DNA of 64,000 nucleotides from Podospora anserina (Eukaryota): NCBI GenBank assembly GCA_017654855.1, contig CM030335.1, positions 1,488,001 to 1,552,000 of the forward strand, read 5' to 3'. Shown piece by piece: positions 26,723 to 39,759 of this stretch (position 1 is its first letter; each line of letters starts with the position of its first letter). The notes under the pieces were generated by a model. It saw only the letters and a program-made list of their open reading frames with translations, ran no database searches and was not told where the DNA came from. The position numbers and the translations under genes were made by a program.

Positions 26723-28619
26723 TCATAATTTCATTCCACTGCTTGTTGGCCGTGTTGAATCTCTAGCCACAATCTGTGATGGAGGTTTGTGTACAGGAGG
26801 CGGTGGCAAGATTCCCACAGGCTCATTTTCCGCAGAGACGACAATCGACGGTGAGTTGAAACCGCTTGGTTGAATAGTGAGGGACAATCCAGGCTTCGCT
26901 GATGGGGACGTCGTGTCGGCATCGTCGTTGTGGCGAGGGCCGGAGTCGTGAGAAGCTCTGTGGGAGGTTCCGTTGTTGAGATCCGGCCTGGACGGGCCTC
27001 CTGGCGAAATCTGCAACGATACAGGGTTTGGCGACAGAGCCCTCGATGACGACGGCGGGCTGGGCTTTGTGAAACCCGTGACGCTCCCTGTGAAACTGTT
27101 TGCTCTTGAGCGTCGACGTCCGCGCTCATCGTCTTCTGGACGAGCCATGTTGTATCTATCCTCAAGGTGCCTCAGATTCCGGTTCCGAATTTCTTCTCCT
27201 GGCGTAGTCGGATATTTGCTCGCCGCAACATCCTGGAACTCCGAATCGTCGAAGCTCTTGAGATCCGCGGTGCCGAGTATGTGACCGATGGCGCTCAGTC
27301 CTTTTGCTATCTTGCTCCGGCCCGCATCGGGACGACGGGGTCCGTCCGATTTGTCTTCGCTGATACGCCTGGGTCCCGAATGGCTGATGCCAAGTCCGGT
27401 TTGTGCATCAAACTCGTCATGATGGTGCGAGCAGTTGCAGTGAGCTGGGGTAGGGCTCGCTGCAGCAACCATGTCTTCTGCCAGTAGCATATAAAGCGAA
27501 CCACAGGCAGCAAAGGCTGATGCCACAATCGGCGCCCATTGACCTGGCCCGAAATGTTAGTAATAAGACCGGTGAATTGGAATGGACAGTGGATGCAATA
27601 ACGACTACATACCAACGTTGGCCATGGGTTCTGTTTGCCAATTGACTGGGGCGCTCCAGAAATTCAACTCCCCCACGACAAGAATTGCAATGACAGCTGC
27701 TCCGAACACCGGAATTTCCACGACGCTTAGAAACCCCCTGATGATATTGTTGACCTTATTCATCCTCTCAGGGGTAGCGCCGTTGGTTCCCGTTTCTGGC
27801 TGATCCAGATATGTCTCTCCAAATCGCTCTTGCCAGTTCACTTTAAGTATCTTGTCCCACATCGACACCATCGAAAGGATGGCAGGAATGCAACAGGCGG
27901 CGCAGAATAGCGTGGCGGTGCCAAACGTCATGATGAAAGGCTCGGGAATAACATATATCTCGTCTGCCGAACCTTGTCGCATCGGTGAAAAGGGCCCGTC
28001 TTCAATAGAGCATACCAAACCGCATAAACTTTCGCCGTAAATAAAAAGTGACTCGTCGGTATCACACGGCACCGCCTCGGTCCGGAAGAACTCAACAGTC
28101 AAAGCCAACAGGCCAACGAGGATGATGCCTGCCCAAAGGAATATGGTATTCCGACCAGGGTTGTTGAAATATGTAGTTGACAGTCTAACCGTGATGGGGG
28201 CTGTTAGAATGCCAATAGAGCAGAGCTGGAAAGCGCCATATATGTCCATATCAACGGCGTTGGGAACATGCAATGCCGCCAAAGCTACTCCGTGGACTGC
28301 AGCAACGGCGGGGAAGATCAAAGCTGCGGCCAAGCAAGCATTTCGAAGCCATTCCGTCTTCCTAGCAAGCACACAAGCTGCAACAAGAACATAGTATCTG
28401 AAAGGAGATCTAAGTGTTAGCACGGTATTCTGGTATAGTTGCCGAACAGACCACGTACAAGACTCTACTACCAGGTCCATATTGACCAGAGACGGGCCAT
28501 GAACACACCACCTTGGCGGGGGTGTTTACTGCAGCTGCAAGTGCTGGCAGCACAACGTCAGCGGTGCTATTGCGGGCAACAAGGTCATAGGCGTGTGAAA
28601 GTGGCGGAAGCGTGGGCAT
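26723..28619 (-). CDS. Multi-pass membrane hypothetical protein, 2 introns
   Basis: VCSWPVSGQYGPGSRVL|YYVLV.. followed by several hydrophobic helices and a polar tail. Confidence 0.8.
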
Positions 28620-29506
28620 GTCCTTGCAGTGCCGGAAAAATAAGCTCGTCTAAGAGAAGCGAAACATCAAGGCAGATCAAGAGCGGCTGAAATGGCAGAA
28701 GGAGATAGAATAAAAAGAAGACGCAAGATGATAGCGCCATCCGGGGAAACGTGTGCGCTTGTTATGCAGGTGGTGTCGACAGAGCCTCATGGTCGAAATG
28801 TCGGACTTGACTCCTTTAAGGACATCGGTGAATCAGAAGAGGAAGTCGGCAGCAGACAGGGCGGGGGAACAGGATCGTGTGTGCCGCTGTCTCGGTGTGG
28901 TAGCACAATACAGCATCGCAGCGTCATATCGCGATGCGCCTGCTATTCCCGCAAAGCAGGGCTGTCTGGTTCCTCACGTGTCCTCATGCCAGTTTGGGCT
29001 TGTGCCTATGAGAGGACGAGCCAGTCAATATCTCCATGTGGCCGTGCCCGAAGATCACTGAATGAATGTACATATGGTATTGTGGGGGCTCGAGATAGTT
29101 GCTGGAAAGGATTGCCCCGCATGGTGGCTGTGCCTACATTAGCGTTCCTGGTCAATCGGTTCCCAATGTGGCATTCGGCGATGCTTCCAGGTTCATTCTC
29201 GGTCTCTTTTGTGGACGGTGTCGGAAAAGACGAGGTCAGAAGCCACTGGGTGACTGGTAGTTGCAATCTCACAGGGCTAAGCCAGCGCCAAGCCGATTTC
29301 TAGCGGGCGAATAAAATATCAGCCACTCAACTTTCCACGTGCCTCCACTCTCCACCGCCCCGCAGACAAACCTCGACCCTGAGCCTCTTGCTATCACAAG
29401 ATATGTTCGATATGTTCCTTGATCTTCTATGATTGATCCTGATCTTCTTTCTGCCATTTTGGCATGCCGCAAGTGTCGTGACCGTTGAACCCATTGCGCT
29501 GGCAAC

Positions 29507-31662
29507 ATGGCGACCACGACGGACTCGAGTAGCGGCAACCGTGACATCAGTGAATGGCGGTCAATTGTCACACTCATTGTGTTCGTCATTACCAGTAAGT
29601 GTATATACCGTTCATAGTATTCTGGCAAGGGCACCAGCTAACTCAACTCTAAATAGATGTTGTGGTTCTATTTCCGTTTCATATCCCCTTCTGCATTCCT
29701 CGGTGGCTTTACAACGGTTTTCTAGGGGCGCTAAGCTCCATGCGCATCATCTCGCCCCGCAACAAGACTCAGGGGACAAGCTCACCATGGGTGCGGTTAC
29801 GCTTCTCAATGAATATTGTGACGGCACCTGTGATTGCCGATCTTTTTCTGCTGGCCATAAAAGCCATCGGTGGCAAGGAGGTCAAGGATGGAACCGTTGG
29901 AGCGGACCATATCCACCCTATCGATATCATGGTCTTTTTCATCACCCTCGCCTATATCGCCATATCTATCGACGCATCAGGGCTTATTCGATATCTGGCC
30001 TTCAGGGTGCTGCAATGGGGCGGGAAGGTCGGACATCGTCTGTTCTTCTACCTCTACCTCTTCTTTTTTGGCATAGGCAGCTTCGTTGGCAACGATCCCA
30101 TCATCTTGTCTGGGACAGCTTTCTTGGCCTACATGACGCGCGTTTCGAGCAACATTGTTCACCCTAGGGCCTGGATATATACTCAGTTTGCCGTGGCCAA
30201 TATTGCCTCTGCTATCCTCGTGTCGTCCAATCCGACGAATTTGGTCTTGGCTGGCGCTTTCAAAATACGCTTCATCGACTACACGGCCAATATGGTGGTC
30301 CCTGTGATCATCACAGCTATCGTGCTCTTCCCCTTCCTGCTGTATATCGTCTTCGCCAGCGAATCTCTGATCCCTGTCGAGATCAAAATGCACGAGCTTC
30401 CGGAAGATGCAAGGGGCAAAAAGCCAGTAAACCCCAACATTCCCAATGCGAGGGGAACGGCAGAACAACAGGAGGATGAGCCAGGGGAGCAAGGAAAGCT
30501 TTTGTCTCTGGAAGAGATCATGAATCCTTTTCTTGACAAGCGTGGTGCGGGGTTCGGGGCAGCCATCATGGCATTGGCTCTGGTCTCAGTTTTGTCTCTT
30601 AATGCTGCGTCACAAAACCTTCCAGAGGGCGTTGTCCTGCAAGTATACTGGGTGACATTACCAGCGGCTTTCATCATGCTCGTGTGGGACTTGGCATTTG
30701 GCTGGCTTCATCGCCATGAAACACGTGAGATTGCTCGGGAAGGTCGAAAACAAGTTGAAGAAGCAAAAGCGGAGCAGGCACGTCTTCAGAGGGAAGAACT
30801 GGAACTCGCCGCTTCCCAGGGAGGGGATCAAGTGGTAAGCGTCACCGGGAACGACGTTTCCGGCATTGGAAGTGATTCAGAAATCGTCAAATCCAAAAGC
30901 ACTACAATCGATGAGAAGAAGGAGGCTTCTCTGGAGAAAGATACACCATCGACCGAAGCCGCGATCAAGACCAACAATTCAGACCAACGAACACTTTCGT
31001 CAGTTGCCAGAGATGCATACAGATGGTCACAAGAGACCTTCCCCACCGCTACCGCGGTTCTCTCTCACCTACCCTATGCGTTGATCCCTTTTGCATTTGC
31101 AATGTTCATTCTGGTTCAAGCGCTGGTCACGAAAGGTTGGGTAGAGGTCTTCGCGAAGGGATGGGATCACTGGGTGAACAAGACCGGAGCAGTTGGTGCC
31201 ATAGGAGGCATGGGCTTTCTCTCGGTCATTCTCTGCAACGTATGTGATTACCTGCTTAGCTGCAATTTCGCTTTGCTTTACTGACTTGAAATCCAACAGT
31301 TTTCGGGTACCAACATTGGAACTACCATCCTATTATCACGCATTATCCAATCATGGCTCAGGCTTCATGATGCCAGCGGGATTCCCATCAGTGAACGAAC
31401 GTACTACGCTACGATCTACAGCATGGCCCTTGGCGTTAATTACGGGGCTTTCAGCACAGCCATCAGTGCCTCTCTCGCCGGGTTACTCTGGCGTGATATT
31501 CTAGCCAAGAAGCATATTCACGTCAGGCGACTTGACTTTGCGCGGGTAAATCTTCCGATCATTGCGATTGCCATGAGTGTGGGCTGTGCCGTCCTGATTG
31601 GTGAGATTTACATTATCAGGAGTGACCGGCCTTTTGACATAGTACCAGTTCTTGAGGAGTAG
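29507..31662 (+). CDS. ArsB/CitMHS (ion transporter superfamily) anion transporter, 2 introns
   Basis: ISIDASG, GNDPIIL, LVSSNPTNLV, GTNIGTT, ALGVNYGA..SASLAGLLW; many TM segments. Confidence 0.85.
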
Positions 31663-32092
31663 CATCATAGACATTCGCATATTCGATAGACTAATAGCAT
31701 TATTGCATTCGGTTGTTTACCTACCTAGCGTTGCTAGCCCTAGCGGTTATTGGGGGTAGTCACTTCGGCCCGTTCCCCATGCAGATGCAAGAGAATCAGG
31801 GAAACTGACTCAGCTAACCTGCAGCTCAACCCAGATAAGAATTTCTTCTTTCAAGCCTACTCGCCATCGCATTCTCGTCGTTCTTTTCTTGATTAGGTGC
31901 CTCATCGGTTTCGAAGGGCTGCTTATCTCGCTCTTTCATGCACATCAGCCTCGCACTCGTGCTTATCGTCTCACGAACCAGAAATATCTCACCACCTGAC
32001 TCCCTTCACTCAGCATGTTCTTTCCACTAAAATATGTATCCGTCTCAATTGCACTGACTTGACAACCGCCCTATACAATCATCTCAGTCAAA

Positions 32093-33377
32093 ATGTCCCG
32101 GCCCCGATACCCCTTTTTGTTTTTCGTCCTTGGCTTGCTATTGTTCCCTGGCTCTTCACTTCAGAACAGCAGCCCAAGATCAACCACCAGCCAACCAAAG
32201 ATAATCCTCGACAACGACTGGAACCCCACCGCGTTCATCGCTTTCCTGCTCCCTTTATACTACAACTACACTGTCCTCGGCTTAGCCTCCGACACAGCCA
32301 ACTCCTGGGCACTCCAAACCGGCCTTCACGCTCTCGCCTCTCTCGAGATTGCCTCCTTGTCGTCTTGCATCCCTGTTTACAAGGGGTCTGACTACCCGCT
32401 TCTGCAAACAGCACATACCTTTCAAACCTATGAGCTCCTCCACGGTGAGCTACCGTGGAAGGGTGTCTTTGCGAAGGAGAACACCACCAATGAGAAATTG
32501 GGAAATGATCCTACCTCCGGTGACCCACGAAGAGTGGTGAAAGAAGCTTTTACTACCAAGGGATATTATGGATACCCCAATGTGAGCTTCGCCGAGGGCT
32601 CAGCAGCGGAGTTTATGGTCAAGGCCGTGAGGGAGAATCCAGGGCAGGTAAACATATTCTCGGCAGGGGCCCTGACGAATGTCGCGCTGGCGGTGAGGCT
32701 TGATGAGAACTTCGCGAAGAACACAGCTGGGTTGTATATCATGGGAGGGTATGTGGACAGGTTCATGGAGCAGGCTATAGGGGATGTGTTGAGGGCGGAT
32801 TTGGTCTCGGATGTGAGTTCAGTGCTGAAACATGTTAGACTAAGACTTGACACTGACATGCTGCGGGTGGGGAATAGATCAACTTTATCGTTGACCCTGA
32901 AGCAACCAAGATTGCGCTTACGGCTGACTTTCCGAATATCACGCTTGTGGCTAATTCTGCTAATGGGGTGATACCGAATCAGGCGTTTCTTAATGAGTTG
33001 GTGGCGGTGAATGACAACCCTTTGAGTAGATTGGTCAGGGCGAACCAGCCTACTTATCTGCCGTTTTGGGATGAGACTGCCGCGGCTGTGATGGTTGATC
33101 GTGAGGCGGTTGTGTTGGATGAAGTGGAAGGTACGGTTTCCCAATCCGATTTTGGAAAGAACAAGGGTTTGCTGATTTGGCGATAGTTTATGTTGATGTC
33201 GATACATCGTACCACTCGCCCTTTTACGGGTATATCCGCCCGTACCAGGCAGCACTGATGCCGCCTGGGTTGAGAAAGGTCAAGTACATCAACGCGGTTA
33301 ACAATACGAAGGTCGCCGAGATGATCAAGACTGTTGTTCAGTTTCCGCCAAAAGGCTGTGCCGATCTTCATGGATGA
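32093..33377 (+). CDS. Secreted inosine/uridine-preferring nucleoside hydrolase, 2 introns
   Basis: Signal peptide; KIILDND, AGALTNVALA, LYIMGG, PFWDETAAA. Confidence 0.88.
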
Positions 33378-34584
33378 GGGGCGGATAACCAGGCTTGAGG
33401 GATGCTTTAGTCAAGAACTTCATTAGCTCCACGATAACCCAATGCATTAATTGGTAGCACCTTCCTTGATTGGTTCCATCCTGTTGACAATTTCTGTCGG
33501 GGCAGGCACCAACTGGCCCCCACCTGTCGCCAGGCCAGCATCCAGAACATGGAAGGTCATCGATTGGGGGCTAGGTTTGATAACCGCCAAACCCATCAAT
33601 CAAACCTCTTTGCCTCTGGTAGCAATTTACAATTTTGTTAAAATGCAAATCGTCCAATTGGTGGTAGCCGTGAATTGGGACAGCGCCGCACCAGCCCGAA
33701 GCTGCGCCCACAACAAGTGCGATGAGCATCAATATCCAATCCGAAGATATCACAAGGTCTGAGTATTCCCCTTTAGAGTAGAACCTAGTCAGAATATTGT
33801 TAGCTCTTGCAAGTTGCAAAGACGGAAGAACGACGAGAGCGAAATGATCATACTCGGCTAGAGAGCTCATCAGCATTTCAAAGGGCTCGTTGTCCCTGGG
33901 AGGCGCTGCCTGGGTCCCAAAGAGGAAGAACCCTCATGGCATTGTCCGTGTTGATGTTGTCGTCTGCATATAAGGGACGTAGACGGTGTGACGGCTCGAT
34001 GTCTCGAGGTGTTGCTCTAGCACTCCTGCACTCTCAAAGCACCGATCGCACTGCTTACAGTAACCCATCTAGCTAGATTTATAGAACACTCTCAATCGTC
34101 TGCATCACATCTGCTTTGCTATTGTGGTCATTCCGCGTTTGTCTCTGTTGCGACCTGACTCTTGCCCGACACCTCAGCCAGCTGGGCCCAACTTGAAGTA
34201 CTACCTAGAACCCGAAATAATAACCCCTCCACAAATATACGCCCCCGCCGCACTCGTTGATGCACAAACTACCGCTCCGGTTGTCTCCACCCTACCCGAT
34301 GGCACCCGCGAATACCTACTCCGGACTTACTCCTACTCCACGACCGCTCCTTTCCAAAGCGCATACTCGAAGGCAAACCGATCGATGAGGACGTCTACGG
34401 CGCTCCACTCATACCACTACGGTTTCATGATGACGTACGACGCTTGTTGCCGTGACCACCGAGCCGAGAGGAAATGGTGGTGGCTTCACAATCAAGCACA
34501 TTAACTCCCATACCTGACCGTGCCCACGTCGAGCGGTTCTGTTACGGTGTCTGCGCCAGCTACTTTCTGCTCGGTGGTGCGACA

Positions 34585-34908
34585 TATTCGCCCACGTTAA
34601 GATCCGCCACCACGTTTGGGTCCTTCCAGGCTTCGGAAAGGATCTTCCTCATCTCGAAATACAGGTTTGGTTGTGACTTCTTCCACCTCTCACCGCTCGG
34701 AAACACCTTCCTCCGTAGTCTATTGACCCATGGGACTAATAGCTGGTAATAAGGCGTGAATTTCTTCTTTGCCCTATTGATGAAATCTCCTTCATCAGAT
34801 ACATGCCCTTTCTTTAGGTCTGCCAGTTTGTCATCACCCTCATAATTCCAGCTGTCGAACTCAGTTAGTCCAATGTCTTTACCCGGTCCATTGTAGTGGA
34901 TACATATC
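34585..34908 (-). pseudogene. C-terminal fragment of a fungal FunK1-type protein kinase
   Basis: ICIHYNGP..FDSWNY..LADLKKG.VSDEGDF..FTPYYQLLVPWVNRLRRKVFP..DP matches the FunK1 C-lobe tail; no catalytic motifs upstream. Confidence 0.7.
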
Positions 34909-35275
34909 TCAACCGCCGACTTGGCACAGTGTTGTAGCTGACTGTGCCCTGCCTGCGAATTACCTGTTTCTTGCTTTCGGGATCCCCAATCTAAGGAGAT
35001 CATAATGTAGAGAAGAAGTTCAGCAGGTGACACGGAAAATAATACCGGCGAGATTAAATATTCGGCACGTCTGTCAAGACAACTTGCTATCACTTCCTGC
35101 CTGGTTTGTCGACATCTCCTATCAGAGTAATATTGATATAGGGAGCGAATCATCTCAATTCAACACGGCCTAACCAATCACTGGCCCTAATTCTCTCCGT
35201 TTCCGAACCTGACAAGCTACAGTGGACCCCTGGATCGGCTCGTTGGGCTGCGCTCATGTCGCCAGCGCCGCGATC

Positions 35276-37511
35276 TCAACTTTGCCCGAAACATCCCGAG
35301 ATGTCTTTCACAACCTTTTGTAGTTCTTCTGTGAAAGGATCCTTGCCTTGCTTCTGCGGTAGTTCCCTCTTCCTCTTCCGGTTTTGGCCGTTTGGGCTGA
35401 GCGGGCCAAGAGGTTGGCGACTGCGGACCTCTACTCTCTCGAAGTCAACGACCATAATATTTCGGTTGTACATGACGTTGCGTAATTCCGCATCGCAGTG
35501 TAAAACTCGGAGCCGATGAAGTTCGGTATAGGCGATGGCGATTGCGTCGACGGCAACCACCTTGTCGATCCGGTCGACGCATTTGGACAGTGGCTGCCCA
35601 GCCCAACTAAGCAGCAGGAAGTGCTCGGAAACACGGCCATCGCAGTAGTATGGGAGGACCAGGTCTATTAGACCGAGACATACCGGAACGTGCCTCCCCT
35701 GGATAACAGAGAGCTCATTGTAAATGTTCTCCTCATTCTGTAGGCGGCCACGATTTGCTGACTCGACGCCCTTGGCAACAAGTGTGTAACCATGGGTGGA
35801 CGGTCGGACCTTGAAGAGCGACCCGACAGCTCCCGCTAGGTACAGCGGTGCGGAGTCGGCGTCACGGCCGCGGTCACGGGCCAGCTGTGCACGAAGTAGA
35901 TGCAGAAAGTCGACGCGGCTAATGTGGCCTGGTTTACGATAAGGGGCGTTCGGGCAGGACGGGTCTATCGGGCCGCCAAGTGCAAGCCCAACAAGGCATT
36001 GATGGGTGCAGTACGCTCGGTCTTGTATGTCTGGCCGCCTTCCCCTTCCGCCACCTCCAGAGCTTGCGTCCGATGTGGCGACCGCGCCGCCAGAGGCGCC
36101 TGATGTCGCAGGTTTCCTGCCAGAACGAGTCAACCGATCCGCCGTTGGTGAAGGGGGTGGCGGTTCATCATCGTCCTCATGTGGTAGACCGGACTCGATG
36201 CTGGCTTGCTTGCAACTTAATCAAGTCCGAATTGGCGAGCGAGTAAAGCCGCGCCAGCGCTGAGGCTTGTATGGGGAAGCGTGTTCTTTGTCCTTGCGAA
36301 CTGTCACTGGGATTTTGCTCAGCACATCTTCGAACTCCACGTCCCAAATGTCAAGTCGTTCAGCGGCATCGTGCCAGGATTGCGGGGGCGGTGGCGTAAG
36401 GAGGGCCTGGAGTATGAAGGCGAAGACCTGCGCGACAGCCGTGCGATGAAGTCTGTTCTCATCGCCCTCGATCACATCCAAATTCGGCACGCACACGTGG
36501 TAGAAGACCGTGGCGGGATCGTCTGGAATATAGAGAAAGACGAAGACTTGTCCCGTACAGACGTATCCATACTGCATGCCCTTGCCGACCATGTAGGAGA
36601 AGAGTTGGGTAACGACAGCGGCGGCGAGCGCCCTCGCAGTCCTTGTTGATCACGTCTCATCTCGGTTGGATATCAGACGCCAACCCGGTAACAATTTCAT
36701 CCTGGCTTAGCTTGTGTGGCGCCTTGTACTCGATGGCCATCGCCGGGATGTTGGCGCCGTCTGCCGTCCTGTATATGCAAAACTGGTCCGCTCGGTTGCC
36801 TTTCCCTTTCGCGCCACGGCGCGGTTTTCGGATCGCTGCGGTCGTTGTGAGGGGTGTATCTGCGGCACGGCTCCCGGCAAGGGACATGCGCTCGAGAGGC
36901 TTGGAAAGTGTGTCGTCGACGGTGCCGAGATTCGTATGGCTCTCGAACATCACGGTTCCCCGTAGGCCAAGGGAGTCTCGGAGCTGCGTGTTTTCGGATG
37001 CTGCAGCTAACAGCTTCTGTGCTGCATTCTCGACGGTGTCGCGCTCGAAGGAGCGAAGGCCTTGCTCGCTGCTGATGGGGTTGATCAAAGACTCAACATA
37101 GGCCATCTGGTGTTGGGATGGGAACACAGGGTTATCGGCGAAGGACGGGATGGAGAGCTGTTCCCATATTTCCTCTTGCCTTGCTGGAAAGTCGTGCCAT
37201 TCAGCGATTCGTTGGGGGTAAAGACGGCCGACGGGATTGGTCGTGTCACCTTGGGTGGTCAGAGAACGGTCAGTGACGACCTGGATAGCAAGACTGAGAG
37301 AGTGACAGGTCTCAAGATAACCCTCCAGTGCTTGTAGCTGCGATTTTCTTGCAACCTCTTCAGCTTTTTCGCGTCGGCGTTGCTCCTCTTCTCGTCGGCG
37401 TTGCTCATCGAAGGCGCGATTCTCCGCTTCTTCGCGCAGGCGTTGTTGCTCCGAGGCCTGGCGCTTAGCTTGCGCAAGAGCCTCTCGTAGTCTCGCAAGC
37501 TCGTCGGCCAT
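35276..37511 (-). pseudogene. Spok-family (spore-killer-like) coiled-coil/nuclease/Cys-cluster/kinase gene, disrupted
   Basis: E/R coiled coil; YLETCH..GRLYPQRI..W.DF; ADQFCIY..AIEYKAPHKL; QLFSYM..QYGYVCTG; YCTHQCL..DPSCPN; GAVGSLFKV..GYTLVAKG..QGRHVPVCLG..LHCDAELRN..VDFER; TGA at 36657 and 36221 plus a frameshift at ~36630. Confidence 0.85.
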
Positions 37512-38067
37512 TGCGAATGTGTAGAAAAAGGCGTTCTTGACGGTGGAACGATTGTTTGGATTCGAAAGTGTGACGTTGCCGAAGGAACGTGCACCCGGAA
37601 TTGTTTCTGACACGCGCGGCAGAACCGGCAAGTTCCGAGCTACCGCTTGTCCATCCTTTCCAACCCTCGTCACCAACGTGGATAAAATGCTCACATCTTT
37701 TGGATGCATTCTCAGCTAGCCATTTCTAGTTGTTTCACCAATCCCTGCTCCTGCCGCCCCTTCATCCATCCATCATTATCTGTGCTATCAACCACCCCCC
37801 TTGGGTGCAGCTAAACCCCGCCGAACATTTCTTTTTTCCCCTTCCTCCCCTTTTCATAGCCTGGCAGAAGTGTGGGAAGAGACGGGCACTCTGCTTTGCT
37901 TGTGGCAGATGATAACCTGGTGCTACTTCTGGAACAGAATGAGAAGTGAATAAAGACGCCACCAGCTGCCTGTACTTCTTTACCTCATCGGCCTTGTCTT
38001 GAATAACTTGGGTAGAATCTTGGCGCCAGCATCCCGACAGTCCGTCCCAACCAACCACGAGTGACGT

Positions 38068-38910
38068 GTGGGGAAAAAAGGGCGGGAAGGGACGGTGTTT
38101 AGCACATGTGTCTCTAGCATCATCAATCGCGGCGGCGGCAGGTTGCAGCGGTTACACCCAGAACCCATGCCGCCCTACTATGGAGCGGGATCTGCCGTGG
38201 GGTCCTCGGCCGATTGGGCCCTTCGCTCTGTGGCCCATACGTATGAGATGGGGACTTATAGGCCGCTACTTCTCGGCGAAACCAAGCTCTCCGCGAAATG
38301 GACCCCCGATTTTTCACAAACAACCATGGTCCAGTGGAGCAATCCACTCAGCCAGGCTCAGTATTATTGCTCCGCAAGCTCAGATAAAGGCCTCCGGTAT
38401 GGATTCATCATTACCGACCAGCATCTCGTCGTTCTGAGGCTCGCCACCGAGCCCATCGATGATGGGTTGGCCGCGGCTCGTTCACAGCGTGGTGGCGCTT
38501 ACCAGTCCCATCAACGAGTTGCCTCTGGCAGCACAGATCTATCATCCCACTTCAACACTATGTCACTGGGGACTGGCTCACAATACACGGATAGCAACTT
38601 GGCAGGCCGGTAGCTTCTCCCCCCGGACTATGTAGTGATTCCCTGGGCCGCCCACAACACCGACAAGCTGACGATCAAGCTCAGCCTCTTTTGCCTGGGC
38701 CTTTTGGCAGCCTCTGGTGAGGGCCACATGTGCGACGGCGGATATCCAGGGCTGAAGTCGTGGAGGAAAATGCCAAAGGGTTATGTGCAGCCGGCCACGG
38801 GGCAGACAAAAAAGAGACTGGAGAAAAAAGATGACCTAGAGGACAATGTACAAGTTGGCCAAGGCTCGAACCAGGAATACGTAGAAAGGAATGCAACGGA
38901 CTCAAGATAA
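38068..38910 (+). pseudogene. Fungal PD-(D/E)xK restriction-endonuclease-fold-like protein with in-frame TAG at 38611-38613 (5' end uncertain)
   Basis: ADWA..LLGETKLSAKW..W.NPLSQAQYY..RYGFIITDQHLVVLR, continuing in frame past the TAG into PDYVVIPW..LTIKLSLFCL. Confidence 0.55.
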
Positions 38911-39759
38911 CTACGACCGTAGTAACTACCAAGAGGAATTTGGGGGGATGGAAACACCGGGGCTTTTCCTTACGCAAAGTAGGATGGCCAACAGAGCACA
39001 GGCGGCGTGGGATTTGCTGGGGTAAATTGAAGATGATATAAACGGTGGTATTGCCGGTATAAGTAAGCGACCATCCTCTCCAGAAACAGTGGCCGGGCGA
39101 GACAAAAGACACGTTAAATTTCAGACTTTTACAGGCGAGAAGGAGACGAGAGTTCAAGACTGGAAGAAGGTAGCTTGGGTGACTATAATGACTATAATGA
39201 CTATGGCAACCATGTACAAACTATAAGTATGGGGGCTTCGCCCCCCTTTCTCACAGTAAACCACTATTTTGCCCCATCGGCCATGGTCGGGGCAAGGCCG
39301 GCAGACAACATACCCACAGTAGATTGCACGCCCTTCCGGTGGCAGCGGTCTTGGGCGGCAGGCCGATTGCTACAGGGGCTACATCGTCACCGAAGCTGCA
39401 GGCAGAGAACGAACACAGCAACGTCTTACGGTGGGTTAGATGTGGGACTGGGTCGGACCGTCCTAGCTGGCTCTTCACCGACGAGCAGCTCAGCGAGGCC
39501 GCTGCACAATAACGGTACAAAAATTGATCGATCGGGGGTGGTATGTCAAGTTTGGTCGTAGGCCAAATGCGCGCGTCATCCTGAGTCTCCAGGGACCCGT
39601 TGGACCAGCCAACCGAGTCCTGGCTATAGTGTGCTGCTATGACTTTGGTGATATGAATTGGAGGCAAGCTTTCGGAGAAGCACCCTTGGCGTTTTCTCTT
39701 CCTACGTTCCAAGTCCCGTTACTCCTTGGCATAGATCAACTCGCGGATCCATAGTGGTA

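Noticed and set aside
36221-36659. A-to-I editing or readthrough rescuing the Spok-like stops
   Set aside because: The stops are TGA at probable Arg positions and a frameshift lies between them, so editing cannot restore the protein
37512-37709. Extra 66 N-terminal codons on the Spok-like ORF
   Set aside because: Family-like sequence starts at MADELARL (37511); the upstream part looks like open UTR
39179-39205. (GACTATAAT)x3 repeat; also the AAGC/GAAGC run at ~23641 and poly-G at ~24590
   Set aside because: Simple microsatellites with no spacers or other structure; not CRISPR-like
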